Virus record (IMG/VR): IMGVR_UViG_3300026472_000008
Strand: one strand, 5' to 3'
From: an uncultured virus (IMG/VR IMGVR_UViG_3300026472_000008)
Lineage: Duplodnaviria; Heunggongvirae; Uroviricota; Caudoviricetes; Crassvirales
Length of the DNA: 64,000 nucleotides
Part shown: positions 1 through 13,400 of the stretch, one piece after another
Layout: the number at the start of each line of letters is the position of its first letter
Numbering within the stretch: position 1 is the first letter of the stretch
Translations under genes and position numbers: made by a program
Notes under the pieces: generated by a model
Databases searched by the model: none
The model's input: the letters and a program-made list of their open reading frames with translations, nothing else
Told to the model about the DNA's origin: nothing

Positions 1-3000
1 GATGATAATATCAATGTTCCAAAGAAGTCTATACAAGATGTTATTAAAAAGAAGATTGAATTAGATGATAGTATTTCTTATTTAGAACATACATTGCCTA
101 CTACACAATATAATTATCAAAATGAATATAATGATGTTGCTAGAAATGTAGATAGATTAACTATTGATAGATATAATAAAGCTGTTGATGATGTTAATCA
201 ATATATAGAATCACAAGATAATCTTCAAGAAGCTAGAGATAATATTATGACTAATAATGTTTCTCCACAACTTAAAGAGAAACTTGATATTCTTAAACTA
301 GGTCATCATAGTACTCAACAATATGCTGCTCAAATAAATGCTTTACTTAAAACTGTAAGACAGGATAGAGAAAAAGCTGCAGAAGATGCTAAAAATGTTA
401 CTGTGGATAATACTACTACAAATGATCAACAAGCTGCTAATGAACGTAATGATGTTGAGAATGTTGTAGATGTAGCAGATACTAGAGAAGAAGTTGTCGA
501 AACTGTCCCCTCTACAGGGGAGGAGCAACAATCTACAGAGGTTACAATACCTGAACTTACTGGAGATATCAATATTGATGGTCAATTTGGTGCTACTGAT
601 CCTAGTAGAAGAAACCCTGCTCCAACTTTTGATGCTGAAGAAGAAGTATCTAGTCTTGAAAAAGATGCCGATGCTATTGAACGTAGAAGAGCTGAAGAGT
701 TTATATTAGATGTTGATAGTAGAGCTGTTGGATTAGCTAGTAGTGTTACTTTTAATCTATTTAAAACTTCTCGTAATCTATTTGATAATCTTGTAGGTAA
801 AGATGTTAATAGTAAAGAGTTTAATGATGTTGTTGATATTGTAGCTGATGAATTGTTACTTCAAGGAGTTTCAAGAGGTTATACAAGATCAGCTTCTGTT
901 GAAGGTATTAAATTAGCTTTTAATATGATTCAACGTAGATTAACAACTAAAGGAGATAGTTCAGCTAATACATTTAAAACTTTAGCTGATCAACTTGCTA
1001 CTAAACAATATGTTGAACCTGTAATTGAAAAAGTAAATACTAATAATAAAAATTCTGTTATAGATAATCTTACTACAGTAGGTTATAAAGTACAAGATGG
1101 AAATAACTTTATAGGTACTGTTGTTAATGATTCTTTTGGAAGATTTATAGTAGAATATCCTAGCGGTAATGATTCTACAATAGCTTATACTAAAGATACT
1201 ATTAATAATATTAAATGGATTGTTGATTTATTATCTAATGATTCTACACGTTCTAATTCAACTACTAGATTAATTCCTGATACAGAGTTTAATCAAGTTG
1301 TTGATCAGTTTATCAATTCTTATATTGATAATAAAGGTATTTATACTGTTAAAGGAACTAAAACTGTTATTAATATAGAAGATCTTTTTAGAGAAATTCT
1401 TAATAATAATGAAATTAGTTTTGAACAAGCTAAACAAATATTTTATAATATTGCTGATTACATTGCAGCAAGTAATAATAAAAACTATATCTTTACTAAT
1501 AAGACTGAACTTAATAAGAACTTAAAGACACCTAGTACTTTCTTTAATAATCTTGTTAATAGTAAATCTACTACTGAAAATATAGATAGTTATATGCATA
1601 TTGCTGCTCCTAGTAAGTTAGCAGATGGATATAATAAAGCTTTAACTGATGCAAAGAATGGTTCTCCTATTACAATTAGTTATTTTGAGAATAATGGATT
1701 TACTAGTCCTAATTCTATATCAATTAAGTCTGGCAATGTAGAGATTGGTTATCTTGGTTCAGTTACTCCTAATAGTACTAATACAGGTTATTCTTTAAAG
1801 AAACAAGATAGAGGTTTTGTTTATAGTTTAGATAATACTAATGGAAGTATTCAAAGTAATTTAGATAAACTATTTGTTCCTCTTATTAATAGAGAAGGTG
1901 AACAGTATGCTCAATTAATGGATATAGCATATAAACAATTTGCTTATGAATCTGCTAATAAAAATAATACTACAAGCGATCCTATTACAGAAGAAGAAGT
2001 TAATAAAGTTGTATTTAATCCTGTTATTAAACAATTGCTTGGAAGTGGGGAAATTAAATATCCTACTTGGACTGTAACTAATAGACAGAAAGCTCAATAT
2101 ATTTTGAATGCTATTAATAATATAGTATTTTATGATATCAATGCTGTAACTATTCCTAGTATTATTGAGAGTTATAATTACTGGAAAGCTTCTACTTATA
2201 ATAATTATGCTAATACTCATAAGATACAACAAGCTTTAGAAAACGATAAAAAGATTACTACTAAACTTGTTAATATATCTAGCGGTAAAGTTTTATTAGA
2301 TAGTGTTAATCATGATATTAATACTAGAGGTTTTACTTATCAACAAAATCCTATTATGATTGTTGATGCTAATGGTAATATTATAAATGAAAATAATAAT
2401 ACTACTTATAGTAATGTAGCCGGATTTGAATCTGGTAGTATGGGATTGTTAGTTGCTGATAATCCTAATGCTCCAATTATTGCTATGTTTACTGAATCTA
2501 ATAAACTTAGTTCTAATGAGAAATTATATAATGATGTATACAATGAACTTGGTACTTTATTTAATGACTTTCAAACTAGAACAATTAGTTTTGATAGATT
2601 AGGTTCAAGACTTGCTGATCTATTTAGTGGACCAGGTGTTAAAAGTAATAATCTATTTAGCGGTTACAGTGTAATTCGTACTTCTGATAGAATAGCTCTT
2701 AATATACAAGGACAAAAAGGACAATATAATGTTATTGTTCATAAGTTTGAAAAGGGAACTAATAAAGAAGGTTTAGGTATTACTTATATTCCTAATGGAA
2801 ATATATCTGAATCTAGAAGTTCTATTAGTCCTGGTAAAAGATTTACTAACGCTATTGCTAAGGAGATTGTAAATAATCTTAGTTTTAATAAAACTTTCTA
2901 TTCTGTTAATAATAAGAATGTTGATAATGATAAACAGAATCAATATATTTATAAAGAGAATGGAAAACTTATAGTAGATATCAATGGTAATAAGAATAGT

Positions 3001-4302
3001 TATGATAGTTTTGGTCATTTTGCTTTGGCTAATAATGCTTTTAAAACTAATCAAGGAGTTAATGCTAATGGGGGTTATTTTGATAATACCGATAAGGTTA
3101 AATCATTATATATCAATACTGATATTATAACCTCCCCTGTAGAGGGAACAGATCAGATTGCACTTGATCAATCTGCTTCTGATATGATTAAATCTGCTTC
3201 TAAAACTGTTGGTGTTAATACTTCTGAACTACTTACTAAAGCAGGTGTTACTAATGATAAGGTTGAAGTTCTTACTGGAACTAATCAATTTAATATAGAA
3301 CTTATTCCTGCTGAATCTTATTATGATAAGACTGCTACAAAAGCAGAAGCTTATTATTCTAAAGGTAAAATGTATTTTACTACTAAAGGTGCTAATGCTA
3401 TTGCTAAAAGTCCTAATAATCTTATTAGACTTCTTATTCATGAAAATCTTCATGCTAAATTTGAAGAACAAGGTTTGTTTCAAAGAGATGCTATAGCAGA
3501 TGATTTATTAGATACTTATGGTGCTATGATCACTGCTATTAATAGTGATACTACTTCTCCAGAAGCAAAAGTTATTAGAGATTGGATTACAACTAATAAA
3601 TTTACTCCTACTGAATATTTTACTACTTTATCTGCTGAACAACAAAGAGTTTGGTCTAATAAAGATGAGATTGATCGTCAACTTAAATTTGCTGAAGAAT
3701 GGCTAGTTGAAAGTATTACTCAACCTGCTATTATAAGATATCTTAATAATACTCCTTATAATGGTGATGTTATTTCTGTTGATGGTATTGATGATAGTGC
3801 TAAGACTATTTGGCAAAAGATCATTGATATTTTACTTAAACTTTTTAATAGAAATAGTGGTAATATAAAAAATAATAGTATATTAGCACAACAATACTCT
3901 ATACTAGGAGCTAATACTGATGCTGTTATTAATACTGAGAGCAATGTTAATACAGAAACAGAAACTAATACTAATGAAACTACTAATGGTGAAACTCCAA
4001 TAGTTGTTAATACTCCTAACGAAGACCTCGGAAATCTTCAACTTGATAATTCAGTTGATACTAGTGTTGATCAAATAGACGAACAAAGTGATGTTGATGA
4101 TCTAGATTTTGCTGTAACTAATTTAATTGAAACACCTGACGATGTTATTGTTCAAGCTTATAATGAAGCTAATGATGTTAATATGAACGGTGTACAAGTT
4201 GTTACTGATATGAATAAATACGTCGACCAGTTCGCCGAACAGGATAAGCCGTTAATAGCTAAAATGATAGCGCAGAATGAATTGAAATTTCGCTGTCAAT
4301 AG
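1..4302 (+). CDS. Large virion cargo/ejection protein with zincin-like HExxH motif (5'-truncated by window edge)
   Basis: Frame is open from position 1. LLIHENLHAKF plus a downstream AEEWLVE motif. Lies directly before the virion RNAP gene, as in crAss-like phages. Confidence 0.75.
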   Translation, partial: DDNINVPKKSIQDVIKKKIELDDSISYLEHTLPTTQYNYQNEYNDVARNVDRLTIDRYNKAVDDVNQYIESQDNLQEARDNIMTNNVSPQLKEKLDILKLGHHSTQQYAAQINALLKTVRQDREKAAEDAKNVTVDNTTTNDQQAANERNDVENVVDVADTREEVVETVPSTGEEQQSTEVTIPELTGDINIDGQFGATDPSRRNPAPTFDAEEEVSSLEKDADAIERRRAEEFILDVDSRAVGLASSVTFNLFKTSRNLFDNLVGKDVNSKEFNDVVDIVADELLLQGVSRGYTRSASVEGIKLAFNMIQRRLTTKGDSSANTFKTLADQLATKQYVEPVIEKVNTNNKNSVIDNLTTVGYKVQDGNNFIGTVVNDSFGRFIVEYPSGNDSTIAYTKDTINNIKWIVDLLSNDSTRSNSTTRLIPDTEFNQVVDQFINSYIDNKGIYTVKGTKTVINIEDLFREILNNNEISFEQAKQIFYNIADYIAASNNKNYIFTNKTELNKNLKTPSTFFNNLVNSKSTTENIDSYMHIAAPSKLADGYNKALTDAKNGSPITISYFENNGFTSPNSISIKSGNVEIGYLGSVTPNSTNTGYSLKKQDRGFVYSLDNTNGSIQSNLDKLFVPLINREGEQYAQLMDIAYKQFAYESANKNNTTSDPITEEEVNKVVFNPVIKQLLGSGEIKYPTWTVTNRQKAQYILNAINNIVFYDINAVTIPSIIESYNYWKASTYNNYANTHKIQQALENDKKITTKLVNISSGKVLLDSVNHDINTRGFTYQQNPIMIVDANGNIINENNNTTYSNVAGFESGSMGLLVADNPNAPIIAMFTESNKLSSNEKLYNDVYNELGTLFNDFQTRTISFDRLGSRLADLFSGPGVKSNNLFSGYSVIRTSDRIALNIQGQKGQYNVIVHKFEKGTNKEGLGITYIPNGNISESRSSISPGKRFTNAIAKEIVNNLSFNKTFYSVNNKNVDNDKQNQYIYKENGKLIVDINGNKNSYDSFGHFALANNAFKTNQGVNANGGYFDNTDKVKSLYINTDIITSPVEGTDQIALDQSASDMIKSASKTVGVNTSELLTKAGVTNDKVEVLTGTNQFNIELIPAESYYDKTATKAEAYYSKGKMYFTTKGANAIAKSPNNLIRLLIHENLHAKFEEQGLFQRDAIADDLLDTYGAMITAINSDTTSPEAKVIRDWITTNKFTPTEYFTTLSAEQQRVWSNKDEIDRQLKFAEEWLVESITQPAIIRYLNNTPYNGDVISVDGIDDSAKTIWQKIIDILLKLFNRNSGNIKNNSILAQQYSILGANTDAVINTESNVNTETETNTNETTNGETPIVVNTPNEDLGNLQLDNSVDTSVDQIDEQSDVDDLDFAVTNLIETPDDVIVQAYNEANDVNMNGVQVVTDMNKYVDQFAEQDKPLIAKMIAQNELKFRCQ
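503..523 (+). repeat. Dispersed motif copy 1 (GGGGAGG variant)
   Basis: CTGTCCCCTCTACAGGGGAGG. Confidence 0.9.
3131..3151 (-). repeat. Dispersed motif copy 2 (GGGGAGG variant)
   Basis: rc CTGTTCCCTCTACAGGGGAGG. Confidence 0.9.
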
Positions 4303-4322
4303 TTTGTACGGATTACAATAGT

Positions 4323-4369
4323 TATTGCAGGATATGGCTTTAAAATAGGTCATATCCTACAATATTTTT
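4323..4369 (+). terminator. Intergenic hairpin followed by T-run (rho-independent terminator or processing stem)
   Basis: TATTGCAGGATATGGC...GTCATATCCTACAATA, then TTTTT. Confidence 0.6.
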
Positions 4370-4432
4370 ATATTACCACATATTATATATGTTGTTAATT
4401 ATATTGCCAAAACTTATAATAACAATAATGCC

Positions 4433-7400
4433 ATGAGTTGTACCAAATACGGGTTTACAATACCCGGAGACGTAAACGATCGATTAGCTGCTAGTGTTAA
4501 TGCTGTAGCTGGAGCTGACTATACTAAAGCGCAAGTGCTTGTAGGTTATTTAGGAAGCGAAGATTTTGCAAGATATGTGGAAGCAGATCAAGAGACAAGA
4601 GATTACCTTAGTATTAATGCTAATACTTTGCGTAGGCTTCTTGGCTCTTTTTTTGTTTCTAGACATCGTGATATTACTAATACAATTAACAAAAAGAATG
4701 CTGATACTTTAAATGGTTTTACTAGCGCTAAAGCTAAAACTATTGCTAAAGATCATACAGCTAATCTTATTATTGAGTCTTATTATGAGGAACTTAATAA
4801 ACCTAAAACTGATCGTCGTGCTAAGGATGCAATTCTTAGAGATATTAGCAAAGGTATTAATAATAACTTTAATTCTAAAGTTGTAATTCCTTTAATTAAA
4901 AGACTTCAAGTTGAAAATACTAATAAAGAAGCTTTAGGTATTATTGAAAAAGCTTCTGCTATTAATGCTGAAATTAAAGCATTAAATAAACAAAGAACTG
5001 ATATTGTTAGACAGTATAATGAGTCAGATGATATTGCTGAGAAGACTATTCTAAATACAACTATTGATGCTTTAGGTAGTACTCTTAATATTAAAGATTC
5101 TGAAAGATATGTTGTATTCAAGAATTTAGTTGATAGATTTGGTAATGTTCGTGAAAAGAACTATTCTAGTCTTACTTCTCAAGTTAGAGGTAATTCTATA
5201 GAATGGTTTAATAATGTATTTACTACTTCTAAGTTAATTAATCTTGTAGATGACTTTTCAGTTACTTTAGAAAATGATAAACTTATTGAGAGAAATTATG
5301 CTGATGAAACTGGTATAGTTAATCTTGATAGTGATAGTGTTGATGAAATGGCTAAATCATGGGAAGATACTTTGTATGGTTCTTTTGATCGTCATGTTGG
5401 TACTAAACTTAAAGTTTATCTTAATAGACTATATAGATTATCTAGTCCTACTCCTAAAGGAAGTAGTGAGTATCAATTTGATGATAATAATGAATTAGGT
5501 GTTCCTATGACTATAGGTGCTAATTTTGTTATTGCTCAAGTAAGTAACTATGCTACATTTAATTCTGTAGATGATTTTATTAATAGTGTTAGTAAAGTAT
5601 CTCAAATTAATCCTAATCTTTATGGATTAAGTAAGATGGTTAACGATATGATTGCAGATAGAGAATTTGCTAATTATATCTTTCAACAATTAGCTAATCC
5701 TAAGATTGCTAAAACAATTGTTACTATTGCAGACAATGGAATTAGTTTTGATCATAGTAATAGATCTGCTGATGTATTAAGTCATTTAGTATTTAATATG
5801 ATTAATTCTATTAAGGCTACTTATAAGAATTCATTTAGTACTAATGATAGAGAAACTATTAAGTCTATATTATTATCTCTTAATAATGTTAAAGATAATA
5901 ATGTATTCTTTAATGGAGAAACTATTAAAGGTATTAATACTTTCATAGAAAATACTCTTACTAAATACTTTCCTAAGATTGATAGAAAATCTATTTATGA
6001 TTATTTAGGTAGTAATCCTAGCGATGCTGTTAATATTTATAAGGGAGTTCTTCAAGATATATCAGGACTTATGTCTTCTGTTGAAGATGTAGTTGATGAT
6101 TATAATTCTAAATGGGGAAATTACTTAACTCAATATGGTTCTTGGGCTAGTAAGAAAAGAATAGCTGATGATGCTGGCGAAATATATGGTACACCTATGC
6201 CTGTATTTGATTATTCATCTGTTAATTATTCTAAACTTGATGCTCCAATTATTAACTTATCTAAAAAGCTAATTAATTATACTGCTGTTAAGAATGAATT
6301 AAATAGTGTTAATGCTGAAGGTAATTTAGCTTCTGATTTAATTGGTAATAATTATATTACTAATTTTATTAAACAAATACAATTTGGTTCTCCTGAAGAT
6401 ATTAATAAAGGTCTTAATAATCTTAAAGATTTTATACTTAAAAGTCCTCAATATAAATATTCTCCTTTTTATTTTGGTGTTAAAGATAGTAATGGTAATA
6501 CTATATCTCAAGGATTATTTAATAGAGATTCTAGTGGTAAAGTTTCTGTAAACCCTAATGCTAAAGATATGATTAATATATCTTTATTTGATGGAGCTAA
6601 AGATAGAAGCAATGCTAAATCTACCATGTATTCAGGTATGAGTAAAGGTGATTACTTTTTAACTCAACTTGTTGCTTTTAATACTCCTATTAAATATGTT
6701 ACTAATACTGGAAATGTAGGACCTACTGCAGGATACTTCATGAGAACTCCTTCAGATGCTCCTAAGAACTTTATTGTTCAAACTACTAAATATTCTATTG
6801 ACGGATTATGGCAAGTAGTTAATGAAAGTCGTACTAAATACATTAATGAAGTACAACGAGAATTGGCTGCTAAACATACTTTCACTAGTGAGGGAGAATT
6901 AATTGGTGAAACAGATGATTTTATAACCAATACATCTTCTAAAGCAAAAAACAATATTATTACTGCTGAAGAAATGTATAGTTTACTTTCTGATGAAATA
7001 GATAATAAGAATTATAATAGTCTATATAATGTATACGATAATAGTACTAATAAAGTATTAATTCCTATGCGTTATCAAAAAGGTGAAACTAATCTTATTG
7101 TTTGGTTAGAGGGAGATAAAGTTGTTGGTTCTATTAATAATATTGCTGAAAATATTAAAGTAAGAGAAGTTTATAATCCTATTGAAAATGAGATTTTACC
7201 TGCTGATCTTCTTATTGATATTGCAGATCAATTAACAAATGATGGTGTTAATTCTAATAGAATTGATAGAGTTATTGATAAAAACAATGTTGCATTTAGA
7301 GCTATTCAGTCTCACTTACTAGGAGAAGTTAATAATTACGTTAACAATCTTAATAATGTATTTGAAAAGAATAATGGTAAATGGACTACTAAAGATAATA

Positions 7401-10400
7401 CTTTAAATCTTATTGATCGTGCTCATTATAATGGTGGGGAGATTGTTAAAGATGGAGTTTTAACTGGTAATCTATTTAAGTTTATTAGACTGTTTGAAAC
7501 TAATGGGTATAATCCTAATAGTGAGGTGATACAAGCCTTATCCCTCTACAGGCAAGGGAATGCGAACAGTACTGATAACTTATTTACTGTCAATCGTAAT
7601 GGTAAACTTACTATTAATGCTAATAGAACTGATATTATCAATACTAAGTCTGGTAGAATAGAGTTTTCTATTTCTAATGAAAATGTTGAAAAGCTTAATA
7701 CTATTGTAGAAAATTGGCTTAACAATTACTATAATGAAGTAATAACTAGAACTGAACAATATAATACTATTCTTGAAGATCGTTATTCTACTAATGATAT
7801 TGTTGATTATGCAATTAACAACGCTATTATGGAAATGAACTTTGATGATGTGTTTGAAGGTGATACTAAATTCTATAAATCAGCACAAGATTTTCTTAAG
7901 AGAGCTAAAGAAGTTCAAGCAGCTGGTAAAGCTTATGCAGGTTTTGATATTAACTTGCCTATAGGCGGTGTAGTAAAAGATGTTTTAGATGCTAATGGTA
8001 TTGCTTCTCCTATTATGATTGGAGATATTAATATAGGAAATGCTAGAAATGGTTTTAAAGCAGTTACTATTGAAAATACAGTTAGACCTGCTCAAAATGC
8101 TGGAGAAATAAAACAAGAACTTATTGATATATTAACTCCACAAGTTGGTAAAACTGAAGCTACTAGAATTGCTACTGAAATTAGTGCAGGTTATTTTGAT
8201 AGTACTAAAGTTAATGATGCTCAATCTTATATTACATTAGAAGAGTTTGCTAGACGTCGTTATGCTGATGGAACTTTGAATGAATATCAATCTTTATTGT
8301 CTCAATTAATGGATGATAAAATTAATATTGAAGACATTGATCTTAAAGGTGTAAATGTTAGAGTTCAAGTACAAAAGAATTTCTATTTCGATAAACAGTT
8401 TGATGAAAATACTGGAACTTATTATCCTCGTCAAATTAAAAATGCTGAGTTTGTTCTTATCCCTAAACTAATTAAAGGTACTGATTTAGAAAAGCTTTAT
8501 GATGTAATGAAAGCTAATGGTATAGATCAGGTAAATACTAGTGAAACTTCTAAAGCTGCTAAAAAGAATATACTTACTTTTTGGGACAATAATGGAGTTT
8601 CTAATGTAGATGCTTTTAATCAAGCAGTTAAAGCTAATAATGGAATTGCTATTGAAGATTATTATTATCAATATCTTTATAAGCAACAAGATGTAGCTGA
8701 TCACATGGTTGACGAAAAGAACAAAGCTGGTATTCAAGTTATGAAGAAAATTATTGATAATGCCAACGCAGAAGTGCAAGGAGATATTAATAATTTCTTT
8801 AATAATTATGTTGCTAATATTAAAGATGACTTTAACATGCTTCTAACTCGTATGGGTTGGAAAGTTGGAGAGAATGGAGAACTACAAGATGTTAGTGGCA
8901 AACTAGATGGTAATGGTAGACCTCTTCTTCAGTTTAATGATTTCTATAAGAAAGCAAGAGTAGAAGCTCAACGTCTCGGTATGGATTCTAATTTTATGGA
9001 GTATCTTACTCCGGATGAGTTTGGACAACCTACTATGCCTAATTACATGAATAATGTTTCTAGTAAATTAGAAAGTATTGCTCAAAGTATATTTAATAAC
9101 GGTGTTACGAGACAAACTCTTCCTGGATGGCATGCGGCTCAAGTAACAGGAGTTGGTCATGGTACTAAAGTATTAGGAGAAGATGGTGTTTTCAGAGAAC
9201 TTAAATATCATCCTAAAGTTACTGATGGAAATGATAATACAGTTCAAGAATCTTATACTGAAATAATGATTCCTCGTTGGAGTAAGTTAATTCCTAAGGA
9301 TTATGATATTAATAAACTTGCTACTGAAGGACTTGATATTCATTTAGGTTATCGTATTCCTACTGAAGGAAAACAATCTATTAGTAATATGAAAGTTGTA
9401 GGTTTCTTAGATGAAATCTATGGTTCTACTGTAATGTTAGCTGATCCTTGGGTTACTCAAACTGGTTCTGATTTTGACGTTGATAGTGTTTATGCTATTT
9501 CTTTTGAAATGTATAAAGATAAAGATGGTACTATTAAGAAAATTAAGTTAGATACTACTAATGAAGAAAAAGATATTCAACGTAGATATGTTAATTATGT
9601 TAACTCTACTATTGAAGAGAAAGTTGATAGAGATCAATTAGATGATGAATTTGTTAATAATGAAATTAATAAAGTTCGTAATGATTTAAAAGATCTTAAT
9701 AAAAGACGTAGAGATTCTACTACTTTTAATCAAATTATTGCAGAAGAGAAAGCTATTTATAATCAACTTCCTGTAGAAATACAAGAACAAATTAAGACTG
9801 TAAATAGAGCTTTCGCTAATGGAGATATTGTAGAAAAATATAATTATATAGCTAATGCTTTTTATAATCTTGCAGATCAACAAGAAACTCCTGAAGCTAA
9901 AGATTTACTTGAACAGTTTGCTAATTATAATGAAACTCTTGCTAATATTATTAATCTTAGTAGAGAAACTAGAGAGTCTGAACCTCAACAAATTAAGTCT
10001 GCTGTAAGTGAGAAACTTAAAGAAATTTATGAAAAGAACAGATTAGATTATCTTGATAAAGTTGAGAAAGCTGCTAAGAAGGTAGGTATAGTTAGTTATG
10101 CAGAATTTGCTAAATGGTCTATTATAGAACAGAATAATAGAAAGGCTCGTAATAATGATATACTTAATAGTATGATCAATATTATGAACAATACTAATTC
10201 TCGTGAAGAAAACTATTCTCGTAGTAATTTTGATGATCTAACTAATGCTATGAAGAAGATGAATAATCTTCGTGGTGCTTCTGCTTTAGCTCGTAGTACT
10301 TATAATCCATTAGATCAAATTGATTTTATGGAGAATGCTATGAGTGGTGCTACACTTAAAGCTTTTTCTGTTACTAGAGATACTTTTAATTCTGTTAATA

Positions 10401-13400
10401 ACTATATTAAATCTACTCTTAGTGGAGAACATACTATATTTGTAGAATATGATTTAAATCAATATGATCTTAAACAGATTCAAAATGCTTATGATGGCGT
10501 TCAAGTTGATCAAAAGAATAATTTTGCTATTGTTAATCATAATCGCCTTGCTAATAGTAAGAATAATAGGAATGTTGTAGGTAAGATTCTTACTGTATAT
10601 AGTTCACAAACTACAGCTCACATTTTAGATGCTGTTAAAGAAGGTACTATTTTCAATGAGAATGATTATACCTTTGGTACATTTAAAACTCTTGTAGATT
10701 TAGGTATAGATTATGATACTGCTGTAGGTTTCTTAATGCAACCAGGAGTTACTAGAATTGTAGATGCTTATTTTCAAACTAAAAGTATTTATATTAATTC
10801 TAGTTCTATACCTGTTAATACTGCTATTAAATCTATTGCTACTGAGCTAGGTATTACAATAGGTGGTAGGGCTATTGATGCTTATACTCCTATCAAATTG
10901 GTTATTCAGCAGATAAGTGGTAATAGAAATATGCAAATGGCCTTTAGGGAGCTATTTAATACTAATATAAGCTATGCTAATACCTTTGATGGACTAAAGG
11001 TCAACTTGAATGGTAGAATGTTGCAAAACCGCTTAAAACAAGCCGAAATAACTAATAATTCAGAATTGCGGACTGATACAAAGCGTTATAGAGATTATGC
11101 TTTTGATCTTGCTATGATAGTTAACTTTGATAAGTATCGTAGAACTGCTCGTAATATTGAAAGTATTGCAAGAGTAAGTAATCCTGATAGATTTGGCGCA
11201 AAGCAAACTATTAGAAGTACTCGTAATACTTTAAATAATATTATTAAATATAGTAATGATCCTAATGATATTGTAGGTAATACTATTATGGTTGGTGATA
11301 GTAATATCATACAAAGATTATATCCAGGAATTGGAACTAATCAAGGTATTGATATTGAAACTAGTGGATATCCTTATCTAGCCGCTTTCTTAAAGTATGC
11401 TACAATGCCTAGTGTTGAAGCTAATAGTCAATTGTTTCCTACTGAAAGTTTATCTTATACTAATGTTACAGATACTGTACAGCGTAGATTAGGTGTTAAT
11501 TTTACTGATGAACAGTATAAAGAATATAAACAATATATGATGTCTAGTGTTTATAGTGGAGTTCAGTTTTTAACTTCGCCTTTAACACTGAATGATTATG
11601 GTTTAGTTACTTTAGATAATAAGACTATTCAAGATCAGATGGAAAGTGATGAACTATATTGGGATTCTGAAAGAGGTAGAATATTTGGTTATGATACTAC
11701 TCAAAGTTCATCTTTAGAAATAGCTGATATTAATAATCCTACTATTGAAGATATATATAATTTTAATCAACTTACTCCTGCTCAGAAAGTTATGTGGATA
11801 CAACGTAATTTTAATGAGAATAGAGGTGTATTTGATTTTCTTGATGTAAATACTTTCAATCAGTATGAATTTAAGAATAAAGGTTTTACTAGTCAAACTA
11901 TTAAATATAGTGATCAGATAGATGATGTTGAAGAGATATTTGTTTCTTTTAGAGATAGTTTCTTTAATAAAAATCCTTTAGTTCGTCTTGCTTCTATTGA
12001 TCTTATTAAATATGCTTTTGTAGTTGAAGGGTTTAAATTTAAAAAAGGTAGTATTAGTAAGATTATTACTAATGATGCTATGTATTCAAATCTTGAAGAT
12101 AAAGGTATGAATATTATTGAAGCAGTACAACAACAATTTGCTGTTTATAATAATCCTTTTGAACAAGCTACTCTTAAAGCTATTGATAAGTTTGTTAGAA
12201 GTCATAGTGAGATTGTCAAAGAAGTGAGTATCCCTAAAGGCAAGAAAGACAAGCAGGGTAATGACAATATTGGCCTTAAACTTACTAAACAATTGTCTGG
12301 TGATAATGTTATTTATATACCATTTCAAGAGTCTACTAAAGAATTACTTGAGCATATTTCTATTAAAGAAGATAGTCCTTTAGATTATATTAGACTTACT
12401 AAGTATATTAGCGATAATAGAAAAAGAACTACATTATATAAAATTAAGAACGATGGTAGAGGTGTTTATTTACTACCTTTAAATCTTCTTGAACGTAATG
12501 AGACTTCTGACTATTCAGCTAATCCTAAGAATAATATTTATAGAGCTTTTGAGTATTATGATACTATATCTAATATGGCAAGTGAAGCTAATACTACTAT
12601 AAACGAACTTCTTAAACAGCCAGATACTATGGCTGAAATTGATATTCTTCAAAATCAGTTTACTATAGACAAACATCAGACTAAACATGTTATAGAAACT
12701 CTTGAAAATAGAGATGAGATTAATCGTATTCTACAATATGGTAGTAATGTTGAGAAAGCTGAGACTGCTAAATTTGTTAAAGATATTAATGATTACTTTG
12801 CCTTGCCTGTAGAGGAACAACAATCATATGGAGTAGTTAGAAATGATAATAGATTTATTAATTCTCTTGTTCCTACAGCTACTTTTATTATTCAGAATAT
12901 TCCTAATGGGGAAGAGATTATTACTATTAAGATTTCTAAATATACTAAAAATAATGGCCTTAGTAAACAATTTAGATATGTTCTTAGTGATGATAAACGA
13001 GGTGATATTACTAAAGTAAAACCTGAAGAACTTAGTGCTTTACAAAATTCTATTGATGCTAAGAGTGTTCGTCCTACTCTTTATAAGATTGAACGTGTTA
13101 CTAGTGAACAAGAGCGTCAAGATTATGAACAACTTAAAGCTGAAATAGAAAAAGAGAATGCTGATAGAATGGATGCTGTTACAAATCTTATTGAAGATTT
13201 TGATGTAGATGTAGCATATAATTTTACAGATATTGATAAAGTAGCTAAAGATATCTTTAATGAACTTAATAAACGTGCATTATCTAATGATGATAAACGT
13301 GCTTCTAAGTTTAAGAAAGGTATGGATGTTGCAGGAATTGATAGAATGAGTGCTGATTCTATTCACAATAATAAGAAGAATATATATACTTCTGCTGCTA

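Noticed and set aside
13196..13210. Second DFDVD in the vRNAP ORF as a second active site
   Set aside because: It lies in an acidic linker and lacks the preceding RxP and G-S context found at 9470-9484.
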